Source of the DNA: a virus | Lineage: Duplodnaviria; Caudoviricetes | Reading direction: 5' to 3' (one strand) | IMG/VR virus record: IMGVR_UViG_3300023283_000354 | Span: 1-37,310 of that record | Length of the DNA: 37,310 nucleotides | Shown here: positions 1-9,095 of the stretch, in pieces | How positions within the stretch are numbered: the first letter of the stretch is position 1 | Layout: every line of letters starts with the position of its first letter | Translations under genes and position numbers: made by a program | Notes under the pieces: model-generated | Databases searched by the model: none | Told to the model about the DNA's origin: nothing | What the model saw: only the letters and a program-made list of their open reading frames with translations

Positions 1-100
1 CGCCGGTCTGTCGCGACGCAGGCGGCGGGCCAAACCTTCCCTCCTTACAAGTTTAGAATTCGTCCAAATATAAACCTGGAAGCCGCGCCGGCGCGATCCG

Positions 101-1588
101 TCAGCCGCCGCCGGCCCGCACGTTGTCTTCCCGCGCGTACCAGGGGCCGGCCTCCGTCGCCGCGTAGAGCGGGAAGGGGGCGAACTGGTGCTCGAAGAAC
201 AGCGTGGTGAAGTCGCTGTCGCAGGCGCCCAGCAGGCCCGCCGTCGCGCAGGGGTCCTGCTGCACCGCGATGCGGCCGGCCGCCAGATGCTGCTGCCAGG
301 TGCCGGTCGCGACGGTCACCTCGACGGGTGTCCCGACGGCCAGCCGGGGGCCGAAGGCCAGCTTCTCGGCGCCGTCCTCCAGCACCAGCCGGGCCACCGG
401 GGTATAGAACCTGTCGTCCGGCAGGTCCGGGAAAGCCGTGGACCACGTGTCCGTGCCTTCGGCGTCCTGCTCCGGTCGCGGCATCTCGCCGTCGAGACGC
501 ACGCCGACGCGGGCGATCGCGGCGCCGGCGGACTCCGCCGTGCCGCCCACGACGATGCGGGTCCCCTCGACCCGGGCCTCGGTGATGCGGATGTCGGCGG
601 CGACGCCCGGCGCCCGCGACTTGTCCTGGAAGAAGCTCCAGAGAAGCTCGCTGGCGCTCGGCCCCGTCGGGTCGGCGAAGAGGCCCGCATTGTCGCCCGG
701 CCAGTAGTGGGTTCGGCCGGAGGTTGGGCCGCTGTAGAGCACGGTCTCGACGACCGGCGTGCCGCCGGCGTCGGTGTAGCGGCTGTGGCGGCAGCTCACG
801 CCCTCGGTGGTGCAGTCGCGCACTGCCGCCGGCTCGGGCTCGGCGCCATGGTGGCGGATCCAGGAATCGCGGATGTTCAGGCCGTTGCGGATCGGCACGG
901 TGCAGTCGTTCAGGGAGTGGATGACCAGCATCGGCACGACGCGCTGCTCGGCCGGGTCGCGCTGCTCAGCCTGCATGTCGCCGACGATGCGGCTGATGCC
1001 GTGGTGCTGCGTGGGCAGGCCGCAGGCGAAGCCAACCGCCGCGGCGTCCTCGCCGTAGGGCAGACCGGCCACCGCGCCGGCGGCGGCGAAGTCCTCGCTG
1101 TAGGCCACCGCCACCGCCACGGCCATGGCGGCGCCGGAGGACAGCCCCGTGATGTAGCGGCGGTCGGGATCGCTGCCGAAGGCGGTTTCCACCCGGTCGA
1201 CGATGCGCCGCAGGTCGCCGACCTCGCCGCGGCCTTCCTGGCGGTGCCGCGGGAACCAGAAGCCCCAGCAGTTCTCGATCCGCAGCTCGTCGTAGCCGGT
1301 GACGAAGGGGAACACCGCGACGAAGCCGTGCGCGTCGGCCAGCTCGGTGAAGCGCGTCTCGTCGATCATGTTTTGCTCGCTCTGCCGGCAGCCGTGAAGC
1401 ACCACGACCATCGGCGGCGCCTCGCCCGCCTCAAGCCCGTCGGGCACATAGACCTGGTAGTCGCGTGGCCGGGAGTCCGGATCGTCGCCGGCGGGCATGC
1501 GGCGCTCGTGAAAGGTGCCGGCGAGCGCAGGCAGGGCACCGAGGACGATAAAGACGACGGCAAGCGTCAGATGCGAGAACCGGCGCAT
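101..1588 (-). CDS. Secreted PHB depolymerase / LpqC-family esterase (alpha/beta hydrolase) with a C-terminal extension
   Basis: Signal-peptide-like N-terminus; VVVLHGC oxyanion motif, NCWGFW, lipase box GLSSG, IHSLNDCTV (Asp) and THYWPG (His). Confidence 0.85.
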   Translation of the reverse strand: MRRFSHLTLAVVFIVLGALPALAGTFHERRMPAGDDPDSRPRDYQVYVPDGLEAGEAPPMVVVLHGCRQSEQNMIDETRFTELADAHGFVAVFPFVTGYDELRIENCWGFWFPRHRQEGRGEVGDLRRIVDRVETAFGSDPDRRYITGLSSGAAMAVAVAVAYSEDFAAAGAVAGLPYGEDAAAVGFACGLPTQHHGISRIVGDMQAEQRDPAEQRVVPMLVIHSLNDCTVPIRNGLNIRDSWIRHHGAEPEPAAVRDCTTEGVSCRHSRYTDAGGTPVVETVLYSGPTSGRTHYWPGDNAGLFADPTGPSASELLWSFFQDKSRAPGVAADIRITEARVEGTRIVVGGTAESAGAAIARVGVRLDGEMPRPEQDAEGTDTWSTAFPDLPDDRFYTPVARLVLEDGAEKLAFGPRLAVGTPVEVTVATGTWQQHLAAGRIAVQQDPCATAGLLGACDSDFTTLFFEHQFAPFPLYAATEAGPWYAREDNVRAGGG

Positions 1589-1899
1589 GGGACCCCTCCG
1601 AGGTTCGGCCTGCGTTGATCCCCTTGCGCCCCTTCGACCCCGTGTCCCGAGCCGAAGGCCGGGGCCGGCGCCTGCTTTGTGCGATGCACAATGCTACCCG
1701 TGGCGCACCCGCGGGGAAAGAGACTTTTTCCCGACAGGGGCGCGGCGGGCCGGGATCGTCCCGGCGCGTCGTGTTGCATTGCCGGCGTGGCTTCCTATGT
1801 GAAACGGCAGATCACGAAGCCCGAAGCCCAACACGAAGCCACCACCGGCCGCTCGCCCGTCGGGCGGCTGTCCCTTTATCGACCGGAAGGATGGCGTCC

Positions 1900-2595
1900 A
1901 TGATCGAGCTTTATAGCTGGCCGACGCCCAACGGCCACAAGGTGCACATCATGCTGGAGGAGACCGGCCTGGACTACCAGGTCCATCCGATCAACATCGG
2001 GGCCGGCGACCAGTTCGACGAGGCCTTCCTGAAGATCTCCCCCAACAACCGCATCCCGGCCATCATCGACCGGGAGGGGCCGGAGGGGCACCCGCTGCCG
2101 CTGTTCGAGTCCGGCGCGATCCTGTTCTACCTGGCCGAGAAGACCGGCTACTTCCTGCCGAAGGACCCCACGGGGCGCTATCGCACCATCCAGTGGCTGA
2201 TGTGGCAGATGGGCGGCCTGGGCCCGATGCTGGGCCAAGCGCACCACTTCCGGCAGTACGCGCCCGAGCGCTATCAGTACGCGTACGACAGGTACACCAA
2301 CGAGGCCAACCGCCTGTACGGCGTCATGGACCGGCGCCTGGGCGAGGCGCCGTACCTGGCGGGCGAGCACTACACCATCGCCGACATCGCCGCCTATCCC
2401 TGGACGCGCAGTTACGAGCGCCAGGGCGTGGACATCGAGGACTATCCCAACGTCAAGCGCTGGCAGGCCGCGATCGCCGAGCGCCCGGCGGTACAGCGCG
2501 GCCTGGAGGTGCTGGCCGAGCACCGCCAGACCGGCGGCTTCGACGACAAGGCGAAGGAGATCCTTTTCGGCGCCACGCAGTACGCGAAGCGGTAG
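1900..2595 (+). CDS. Glutathione S-transferase, YfcG/Ure2-like (GSH-dependent disulfide oxidoreductase)
   Basis: MIELYSWPTPNGHKV, ISPNNRIPAI, LFESGAIL, YTIADIA motifs; GGAAGG 9 nt upstream of ATG 1900. Confidence 0.93.
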   Translation: MIELYSWPTPNGHKVHIMLEETGLDYQVHPINIGAGDQFDEAFLKISPNNRIPAIIDREGPEGHPLPLFESGAILFYLAEKTGYFLPKDPTGRYRTIQWLMWQMGGLGPMLGQAHHFRQYAPERYQYAYDRYTNEANRLYGVMDRRLGEAPYLAGEHYTIADIAAYPWTRSYERQGVDIEDYPNVKRWQAAIAERPAVQRGLEVLAEHRQTGGFDDKAKEILFGATQYAKR

Positions 2596-2601
2596 CCGCC
2601 G

Positions 2602-3759
2602 ATGAGCGAGGATCCCCGCGCGACGGCGCACCCGGAAACGGCGGCGGCGCAGGCGCTGCACGGCGTCGAACCCGACAGCGGCGCGGTGGTGCCGCCACTG
2701 CGGGCCAGCACGACCTTCGCCCGCGACCCCGACAACCGCCTGCTGGGCGGCGACCTCTACCAGCGGCCGGACAGCCCCGGCCTGCGGCCGGCGGAGAACC
2801 TGCTGGCGCACCTGGAAGGCGGCGCGGAGGCGCTTCTGTTCAGCTCCGGCATGGCGGCGGCGGCGGCCGTCGTGCAGGCCGTGCGGCCCGGCGACCACGT
2901 CGTCGCGCCGCGCGTCATGTACTGGGCGCTGCGCAACTGGCTGGTCGGCTTCTGCCGCGACTGGGGAGTCGGGCTCGACCTGGTCGACATGGCCTGTGCC
3001 GAGGCGCTCGCCGCCGCCGTGCGGCCCGGCGAGACGAAGCTGGTCTGGGTGGAGACCCCGGTGAACCCCACCTGGGACGTGGTGGACATCGCCCGCGCGG
3101 CCGAGATCGCCCACGGCGCCGGCGCGGCGCTGGCGGTCGACTCCACCGCCGCGACCCCGGTCCACACGCAGCCCCTGGCGCTGGGCGCCGACATCGTGCA
3201 CCACTCGGCGACGAAATACCTGAACGGCCACAGCGACCTGCTGGCGGGCGCCCTGGTGACGAACGACCCGGAGTCCTGGGTCTGGCAGCGCGTGCGGGCG
3301 AACCGGACCACGGGGGGCGCCATGCTGGGCGCCTTCGAGGGCTGGCTGCTGCTGCGCGGCATGCGCACGCTCTATCTGCGGGTGCACCGGGCCGGCGAGT
3401 CGGCGCTGCAAATTGCCCGCCACTTCGAGGGGCATCCGAAGGTCGCCCAGGTGCTCTATCCGGGCCTGTCCAACCATCCCGGGCACGAGGTGGCGCGGCG
3501 GCAGATGCAGGGCGGCTTCGGCGGCATGCTGTCGCTGCGCGTGGCCGGCGGCCGGGAGGCGGCGCTGCGCGCCTGCGGCGCCTGCCGGCTGTTCCTGCGC
3601 GCCACCTCGCTGGGCGGCGTGGAGAGCCTGATCGAGCACCGCGCCAGCATCGAGGGCCCGGAAAGCCCGGTGCCGGACGACCTGCTGCGGGTCTCGGTGG
3701 GCATCGAGCACCCCGACGACCTGATCGCCGACCTGGAGCAGGCCCTGGCGCGGGTCTGA
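2602..3759 (+). CDS. PLP-dependent trans-sulfuration enzyme (cystathionine gamma-synthase/lyase family)
   Basis: FSSGMAA, WVETPVNP, VDST, HSATKYLNGHSD (PLP lysine), ATSLGGVESL, LRVSVGIE. Confidence 0.92.
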   Translation: MSEDPRATAHPETAAAQALHGVEPDSGAVVPPLRASTTFARDPDNRLLGGDLYQRPDSPGLRPAENLLAHLEGGAEALLFSSGMAAAAAVVQAVRPGDHVVAPRVMYWALRNWLVGFCRDWGVGLDLVDMACAEALAAAVRPGETKLVWVETPVNPTWDVVDIARAAEIAHGAGAALAVDSTAATPVHTQPLALGADIVHHSATKYLNGHSDLLAGALVTNDPESWVWQRVRANRTTGGAMLGAFEGWLLLRGMRTLYLRVHRAGESALQIARHFEGHPKVAQVLYPGLSNHPGHEVARRQMQGGFGGMLSLRVAGGREAALRACGACRLFLRATSLGGVESLIEHRASIEGPESPVPDDLLRVSVGIEHPDDLIADLEQALARV

Positions 3760-3794
3760 CCACAAGACACGAAGGGCAGAGAAGGGAGCCGAGC

Positions 3795-4421
3795 TTGACG
3801 ATCCAACTCTATACCTGGACCACGCCGAACGGCCGCAAGGTCTCGATCATGCTGGAGGAACTGGGGCTGCCCTACAAGGTGCACCCGGTGAACATCGGCG
3901 AGGGCGAGCAGTTCCAGCCGGCCTTTCTGACCATTTCGCCGAACAACCGCATTCCCGCCATCGTCGATCCGGAGGGGCCGGACGGCCAGCCCTTCAGCCT
4001 GTTCGAGTCCGGCGCCATCCTGCTGTACCTGGCGGAGAAGACCGGCCGCTTCCTCCCGGAAGAGCCGGAGGCGTACTACCGCTGCATCGAATGGTCGATG
4101 TGGCAGATGGGCGGCTTCGGCCCCATGCTGGGCCAGGCGCACCACTTCCGCCGCTTCGCCAAGGAGGAGGTGCCCTACGCCATCGAGCGCTACACCAACG
4201 AGACGCGCCGCCTCTACAACGTGCTGGACAAGCGCCTGGGGGAGGCGCCCTACCTGGCCGGCGAGGACTACACCATCGCCGACATCCTGACCTTCCCCTG
4301 GGCGGCGCGGCACGAGTGGCATGGCGTGGATCTGGACGATTTCCCCAACGTCCGCCGCTGGTACGACGCCATCGCCGCGCGCCCGGCGGTGCAGCGCGGC
4401 ATGGACGTGCCCAAGCGCTGA
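3795..4421 (+). CDS. Second YfcG-like glutathione S-transferase (TTG start)
   Basis: C-terminal part of ORF 2193..4421: (M)TIQLYTWTTPNGRKVSIMLEE, ISPNNRIPAI, FESGAIL; GGGAG upstream of TTG 3795. Confidence 0.92.
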   Translation: MTIQLYTWTTPNGRKVSIMLEELGLPYKVHPVNIGEGEQFQPAFLTISPNNRIPAIVDPEGPDGQPFSLFESGAILLYLAEKTGRFLPEEPEAYYRCIEWSMWQMGGFGPMLGQAHHFRRFAKEEVPYAIERYTNETRRLYNVLDKRLGEAPYLAGEDYTIADILTFPWAARHEWHGVDLDDFPNVRRWYDAIAARPAVQRGMDVPKR

Positions 4422-4452
4422 GGATTTCCCGCGTTCCGCCGCGCGGCCCGCA

Positions 4453-4482
4453 TTGACAAATCCCGGACCGCCCCGCTAGAAG
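4453..4482 (+). promoter_or_regulatory. Putative sigma70 promoter of the tRNA
   Basis: TTGACA (4453-4458), 18 nt, TAGAAG (4477-4482), about 80 nt upstream of the tRNA. Confidence 0.55.
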
Positions 4483-4564
4483 GGCGGTCCCTGGCGGGGT
4501 CGTCGCGCGACGCCTATGTACGCGGGCGTCGGGGCCGACGTGAAGACGACCATCGCCCTGTTCC

Positions 4565-4656
4565 GGAGAGGTGGCCGAGCGGTCGAAGGCGCTCCCCTGC
4601 TAAGGGAGTAAGCGGGTAAAACCGCTTCGAGGGTTCGAATCCCTCCCTCTCCGCCA
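4565..4656 (+). tRNA. tRNA-Ser(GCT), with encoded CCA
   Basis: Acceptor stem GGAGAGG/CCTCTCC, D arm GCCGAGCGGTCGAAGGC, anticodon loop CT-GCT-AA, long variable arm, GGTTCGAATCC T-loop, G-CCA end. Confidence 0.97.
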
Positions 4657-4692
4657 GAACCCCGGAAAACTGCCAGAAATCTGTACTCTGTC

Positions 4693-4790
4693 ACCGCGTT
4701 GCACCGCGTGCCGGCGCGCGTTGCGGCCCCGAACGTTGCGGAACGCCCGGCGAACTTACGCAACTCGCTAGGGGACAAATGGGGGGACAG
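4693..4790. repeat. Short direct repeats beside the att site (candidate integrase arm / Xis sites)
   Basis: CGTTGC at 4697, 4719 and 4734; GGGGACA at 4771 and 4783; all between the tRNA and the integrase stop. Confidence 0.4.
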
Positions 4791-4857
4791 GTGTGGTGGG
4801 TCTTGTGGCCACACGCAACGCCTGGCCTGTCCGGTCGGCCGGATGGTCGTCGGGCGC

Positions 4858-5829
4858 TCAGCGGCTGCGCCGGCGCAGGATGCGGCGGGCGCGCTCGGCG
4901 TCGGTCTCGACGTAGCGCAGCGTCGACTGCTCGCTCGTCCAGGTGCCGGCAGCGACCAGGTCCTTGGCGTCGCGGATGTCGGTGCCGAATTGGTGGCGCG
5001 CCATGTGCGGCGTGAACGTCACGCCGAGGCGACCGCACAGTCGCTTCAGCCAGGAATAGACGCTCTGGCGGTTCTTCCAGGGAAAAATGCGGCCACGCCG
5101 ACGCCCCGGCAGGTTGGCCAGCGCGGCGACGACCGCCTCGTCCAGCCAGATCCGCTTCCAGGTGTTGCTCTTGGAAATCCAGGCGTCGACATAGCCTTCC
5201 TGCAGGTTTACCTGCTCCCAGGTGACGGCCAGCGTCTCGGAAATCCGCCAGCCCTGGCGGTCCAGCCACAGCAGCAAGGCGTGGCGATGCCCGTCGGTGT
5301 TCGCCAGGAGCAGCTTCATGGTGCCGGGCGCCGGGGTGCGCGCCGGCGGCTTGGGCTCCTTGAAGCGGCGGAAGCGGCGGTAGGGAACGAAGTCGCTCTC
5401 GGCCGCCCAATGCAGGACGGCGGAGATCGGCGTCACGACCTGACGATTGAGCGTGGCAGGTGTGGCGCGCGGGTAGAGTCGGCGAGCTGCGGCTTCGATG
5501 TCCGCCTGGCGGATCTGGTCGGCCGGCGCATGGGCCAGGGCTTCGTCCGCGGCGATGATGTCCAGAAAGCCCGCGTCGGCCTTCGAGGGCCGCCGGGCGG
5601 CACGGTACAGCTCGATCAGGTCGGCGAGCGTCGGGACCGGCGGCTCGTCAGGCTCGTCACGTTGCCGGGCGAGTTCGTCGAGGACGCCGCGTCGGAACCG
5701 ATCCCAAGCCGCCTTCGCAGCTCTCTTGTCTGTCTCGCCCGTTGTGATCTCGTACTGGCGGCCGGCGATCGAGCCGCGGGCGACATAGCTCCGGTTGCGG
5801 CCACGCTCGCCGGGGGCGTACAGGCGCAT
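4858..5829 (-). CDS. int: Phage tyrosine integrase
   Basis: Catalytic set GWRISE (R), SKSN (K), HMARH, GTW (W in place of H), LRY (Y); N-terminal arm-binding-like region; position next to a tRNA. Confidence 0.92.
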   Translation of the reverse strand: MRLYAPGERGRNRSYVARGSIAGRQYEITTGETDKRAAKAAWDRFRRGVLDELARQRDEPDEPPVPTLADLIELYRAARRPSKADAGFLDIIAADEALAHAPADQIRQADIEAAARRLYPRATPATLNRQVVTPISAVLHWAAESDFVPYRRFRRFKEPKPPARTPAPGTMKLLLANTDGHRHALLLWLDRQGWRISETLAVTWEQVNLQEGYVDAWISKSNTWKRIWLDEAVVAALANLPGRRRGRIFPWKNRQSVYSWLKRLCGRLGVTFTPHMARHQFGTDIRDAKDLVAAGTWTSEQSTLRYVETDAERARRILRRRSR

Positions 5830-6032
5830 AGGGCTCGTTCGATCTCCTCGACCTGTTGTTGATTGAAACGCCACTTGCCACGTCCCGGTGGACGTGTCCA
5901 GCCCAGGTCATTGATGACATCGCGCAGGGTCTGTTCCGGGACCCCCAGCAACTCCCGCACCTGGCGAAGGTCGTAAAGTGGCACGGCGATTCGTCCTTGC
6001 TTGCGGTCAATCCATGGGCCCTTCCGGACCAT
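5616..6032 (-). CDS. Putative excisionase (MerR-type HTH); 3' part overlaps int
   Basis: LYDLRQVRELLGVPEQTLRDVI...GRGKWRFNQQQVEEI; ATG 6032 overlaps the upstream stop (TGATG); directly upstream of int. Confidence 0.7.
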   Translation of the reverse strand: MVRKGPWIDRKQGRIAVPLYDLRQVRELLGVPEQTLRDVINDLGWTRPPGRGKWRFNQQQVEEIERALCACTPPASVAATGAMSPAARSPAASTRSQRARQTRELRRRLGIGSDAASSTNSPGNVTSLTSRRSRRSPT

Positions 6033-6394
6033 CACGTGGGTTCGTCGCTCGCATGGCGTTGCTTCGCCAGCTCCAGCAGCACGTCGGCGTGGCAGGGGCT
6101 GCCCGGCCGGCACCAGCAGGCGAGGTCCTTGCCGCGCAGCTCGCCGATGTGGGCCAGGACGTGGGCGCGGGCGCGGCGCTGGTCCTCGATCGAGGTCGCC
6201 GCCGTCAGGGCGAGGTAGCCGGCGAGCAGGCGGCGGTAGAGGGCGACGCAGTCGGCGGCCGTGCCGTCGCGGCCGACGACGAAGGGGTTGCCCCAGGGCG
6301 TTGCGCGGTCGACACGCACGGCGCCCTCGGGCAGCCGCCAGCCCTTGGCGCGGCGGAGCTGGATGCGGCGGGGTCGCTCGTGGTGCGTGCTCAT
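6032..6394 (-). CDS. DUF4326-family phage protein
   Basis: PRRIQLRRAKGWRLP, VDRATPWGNPF, LRGKDLACWC, CHADVL; ATGA overlap with the upstream gene. Confidence 0.85.
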   Translation of the reverse strand: MSTHHERPRRIQLRRAKGWRLPEGAVRVDRATPWGNPFVVGRDGTAADCVALYRRLLAGYLALTAATSIEDQRRARAHVLAHIGELRGKDLACWCRPGSPCHADVLLELAKQRHASDEPT

Positions 6395-6573
6395 GCTGCC
6401 AAGTCTCCGTTGTCGTTGGCGGCCGGGCCGCGTTTGTGGAGGCGGCCGGCGACCAGGGCTCGGCGGGGCGGCCGGCGGCGGAAGCGGGCCTCGGCCAGCA
6501 GGGCGAAGGGGCGGCGGCGCAGCGCCAAGCGCACCACACGCAGCTCCGGGGTCAGCCAGGGGGCGGCGGTCAT
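6391..6573 (-). CDS. Small hypothetical phage protein
   Basis: AGGAGG upstream of ATG 6573; stop overlaps the next start. Confidence 0.5.
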   Translation of the reverse strand: MTAAPWLTPELRVVRLALRRRPFALLAEARFRRRPPRRALVAGRLHKRGPAANDNGDLAA

Positions 6574-6584
6574 GGTGGCGCCTC

Positions 6585-6866
6585 CTATCGTTCCCGGACG
6601 CAGGTGACGGGCTGGGCCCCAGGGTCGTCGGCGCCGCAAAACGTCCAGCCAAAGCCCTCGTCGGCGCCCTTCGCGTCCGGGACCCAGCGCATGTAGCGGT
6701 GCTCGACATCGCCCGGCTCGATGTCCGGATACGCGGCGCCGTACTCGTCGTGGGCCGCGACGGCCGCCACGATGGCGCCGGGGTCGACATGCCCCCGCAG
6801 GAGCAGGGCCCAGGGGTCGCCGTCGACGGTGGTGTACTCGGTCAGGGCAGAGGGCAGAACGGTCAC
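6585..6866 (-). CDS. Hypothetical phage protein (GTG start)
   Basis: GTGA overlap with the ParB stop, GAGGAG upstream; protein-like composition (VTVLPSALTEYTTVDGDPW...). Confidence 0.65.
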   Translation of the reverse strand: MTVLPSALTEYTTVDGDPWALLLRGHVDPGAIVAAVAAHDEYGAAYPDIEPGDVEHRYMRWVPDAKGADEGFGWTFCGADDPGAQPVTCVRER

Positions 6867-8644
6867 GGTCGCGTCTCCTCTTGCTCGTCGTGGGCCGTGG
6901 TCTCGTGGTCGGCGGCCGTCAGGGCCGCGCGCAGCAGGGCGCCGCCGGTGGGGTCGGCGGGGCCGACGCGGGCGGCGACCAGCCAGGCCAGCAGGCGTTG
7001 CAGGGCCTCGGGCGGGGTGTGCTCGGTGGCCTGGAAGTCGCCGGCCAGGTCCGGCGCGTCGGGCAATTGGGCGCCCGGCACCAGCCGGCGGCGCAGGGCG
7101 TCCAGCTCCTGGCGCAGCGTCGCGGCGACATCGTCGTCGCGGCCGGCGGCGCTGCGCCGGGCGCTGAAGGGGGCCGGCTGGACCGCGACGCGTGGATCGG
7201 GTTGCAACAGGGCGGCCACCAGCAGCCGCAGCGCCGTGCGGGACGCGGCGGGCAGGAGCTGCGCCAGACGGGCCGCGTCGGCCTCGGCCTGGGCGTCCGG
7301 GGCGGCGGGCGCGGGGGCCGGTGGCGAACCGCGTTCGTCGTCGGAGGCGTCCTCCTGCGGCTGTGCGGCGTCGCCGGCGGTGGCCCCCACCCGGCGCTTG
7401 GCGCCGACCTCCCCCGCGACACGCCAGTCGACGGCGGAGCCGTCTAGCGGGGGAGGTGACGGGGCAGGTGTATGGCCGGCGGCGGGGGCGGTGGGGGAGG
7501 CGGCCGGAGGGAGGTCGGCCGCTGGGGGTGATGCGCCCCCGCCGCCGCCGGCCGGCGCCGGAGAGGCTGGCGCCGGGGACTCGGGGTCGGTGGTTTCGGT
7601 CGGCTGGCGCTGTGCGGCGTCGCGGGCGGTGGCCCCCACCCGGCGCTGCGCGCCGACCCCCGGCCCGTCCGCCGGGGCGGGCTCCCCCACTCGTGGCGGA
7701 GGTGACTGAACGGGCGCCGGGTCGGTGGGCGCCGGGAGGTCGCGGAGCTTGCGGTGGGGGTTGGCCTGGGCCTCGTGGCGGGCCTTGAGGCGGGCGGCGA
7801 GGGCGGCCTCGGTGTCCCAGCCGGGGTTGCCCAGGCGGATCTGGTGCAGGGCATAAGCCTGGGCCTCGGCGTCGTGGCGCGCCAGGGCGCGGGCCTGGGC
7901 GGCCGTGATGGCGCCGGCGCGCAGCGCGTCCTTGGCGGGCCCGGTCAGGTCGCGGGCGAGCTTGAGGCGCTGCTGGACGTGGCGCTGGGTGGCGCCGATG
8001 CGCTCGGCCATCGCCCGCGTGACCTCGTCGGCGGGCGTGCCGGCGGCGGTCAGGGCCTCGGCCAGCCGCGCCAGGCCCTCGGCGTCCTCCATGGGGTTCA
8101 CGTCCTGGCGGGCGTGGTTCTCCACCAGGGCCAGGGTCAGGTGCGCCGCGTCGTCCAGGTCGTCGCGCAGGGTCACCGGCACCTCGGCCAGGCCGGCGGC
8201 GCGCGCGGCGCGCCAGCGGCGCTCGCCGAAGACGATCCAGTAGCCGGCCGCGTCGTCGTCGGGGTCGCGCGGGCGGACGGTCAGCGGCTGCAGCACGCCG
8301 TGCGTGGCCACGCTGGCCGCCAGCTCCGCCAGGGCGGCGGCGTCGACGGACTTGCGCGGGTTGAGGTCGCTGGGGTGCAGGGCGTCGACCGGCAGGGTCG
8401 GCGCCGCGCCGCGCCCGGTCAGCACGGCCGCCCAGTCCAGCGCCAGGGCCTGGCACAGCCGCGCCAGGGTGTCGAGGTCCAGGCCCGGGCGCTTGGGGGT
8501 GTCGCGCAGGTACTCGCTGAGCGTGCCGTAAGCCACGCCGGACTCCCGCGCCAGCGCGCGCAGCGTCCAGTCGCCGGCGCGGTAGGCCGCCAGGACGCGG
8601 GCGTGCACGGCCGGCCAGTCGGGGGCGGTGGGCGGCGCGGTCAT
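6863..8644 (-). CDS. ParB/RepB/Spo0J-family protein with N-terminal XRE-type HTH and a repeat-containing linker
   Basis: NPRK, LAASVATHGVLQPLTVRP, GERRWRAA, ALVENHARQDVNPMEDA, then a second HTH (MAERIGATQRHVQQRLKL); extra N-terminal HTH LRALARESGVAYGTLSEYL; GGAGG RBS. Confidence 0.88.
   Translation of the reverse strand: MTAPPTAPDWPAVHARVLAAYRAGDWTLRALARESGVAYGTLSEYLRDTPKRPGLDLDTLARLCQALALDWAAVLTGRGAAPTLPVDALHPSDLNPRKSVDAAALAELAASVATHGVLQPLTVRPRDPDDDAAGYWIVFGERRWRAARAAGLAEVPVTLRDDLDDAAHLTLALVENHARQDVNPMEDAEGLARLAEALTAAGTPADEVTRAMAERIGATQRHVQQRLKLARDLTGPAKDALRAGAITAAQARALARHDAEAQAYALHQIRLGNPGWDTEAALAARLKARHEAQANPHRKLRDLPAPTDPAPVQSPPPRVGEPAPADGPGVGAQRRVGATARDAAQRQPTETTDPESPAPASPAPAGGGGGASPPAADLPPAASPTAPAAGHTPAPSPPPLDGSAVDWRVAGEVGAKRRVGATAGDAAQPQEDASDDERGSPPAPAPAAPDAQAEADAARLAQLLPAASRTALRLLVAALLQPDPRVAVQPAPFSARRSAAGRDDDVAATLRQELDALRRRLVPGAQLPDAPDLAGDFQATEHTPPEALQRLLAWLVAARVGPADPTGGALLRAALTAADHETTAHDEQEETRP
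7325..7337. repeat. 13-bp palindrome, variant CGAAC-CGC-GTTCG
   Basis: One-base variant of CGAACGGCGTTCG, which occurs at 9114, 15647, 16411 and 29038. Confidence 0.65.
7382..7459 (+). repeat. Double-hairpin element copy A (78 nt, antisense inside the ParB gene)
   Basis: GGCCCCCACC-CGGCGC/ttg/GCGCCG-ACCTCCCCCGC, 29-nt loop, GCGGGGGAGGT-GA. Confidence 0.85.
7631..7705 (+). repeat. Double-hairpin element copy B (75 nt, diverged, inside the ParB gene)
   Basis: GGCCCCCACC-CGGCGC/tgc/GCGCCG-A...CTCCCCCAC/tc/GTGGCGGAG-GTGA; shares about 20 nt of upstream flank with copy A. Confidence 0.75.
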
Positions 8645-9078
8645 GGCATGGCCTCCCCGATACCGGCGGGCTCGGCCGCGAGCGCAAGCGTGCCGCCGGG
8701 GTAGGGGAGCGGCACGCGGACGAAGCCGTCGCGGCCGTCCAGCGCGACTGGAGCGACGCCCTCGGGCCCGGTCAGCCGGCCGCGCAGCAGCGGCCGGCGG
8801 AACGCCTGGCGGTCCAGGGCGATGTCCAGCGGCAGCGAAAGCCGCGCGGCCCCGCCCGGCAGCAGCTCCGGGTGGTCCAGCCAGGTGGTGGCCGTGGCGA
8901 CGCCCCAGAGGTGCAGCGCGACGCCGTAGGGCAGCGGCAGGGCGCGCGGCGGCGCGCCCGCGACCAAGACGTACTCGTCCGGGGTGTGCGGCGCGGGGGC
9001 GCCGGTAGCCTCGTCGCGCAGCGTCAGGAGCACGGCGGCGTCGGCGGTGTCGGCGAGGCGGAGGCGGACGGTGGGCAT
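8641..9078 (-). CDS. Hypothetical phage protein
   Basis: GGGGAG upstream of ATG 9078; ATGA overlap with the ParB start. Confidence 0.65.
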   Translation of the reverse strand: MPTVRLRLADTADAAVLLTLRDEATGAPAPHTPDEYVLVAGAPPRALPLPYGVALHLWGVATATTWLDHPELLPGGAARLSLPLDIALDRQAFRRPLLRGRLTGPEGVAPVALDGRDGFVRVPLPYPGGTLALAAEPAGIGEAMP

Positions 9079-9095
9079 GGCACGCGGCTCCCCGG

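Noticed and set aside
1-50. Possible minus-strand gene start (AAGGAGG, then TTG at 33) running off the left edge
   Set aside because: Only 11 codons are visible, too little to support a call.
2193-4421. 742-aa ORF suggesting a large GST fusion
   Set aside because: Only 3795..4421 is GST-like and has its own RBS; the rest overlaps two real genes out of frame.
4741-4755. GAAC-N7-GAAC, matching the alphaproteobacterial LexA box
   Set aside because: It lies downstream of both the tRNA and the integrase stop with no promoter to control; more likely chance or part of the att repeats.
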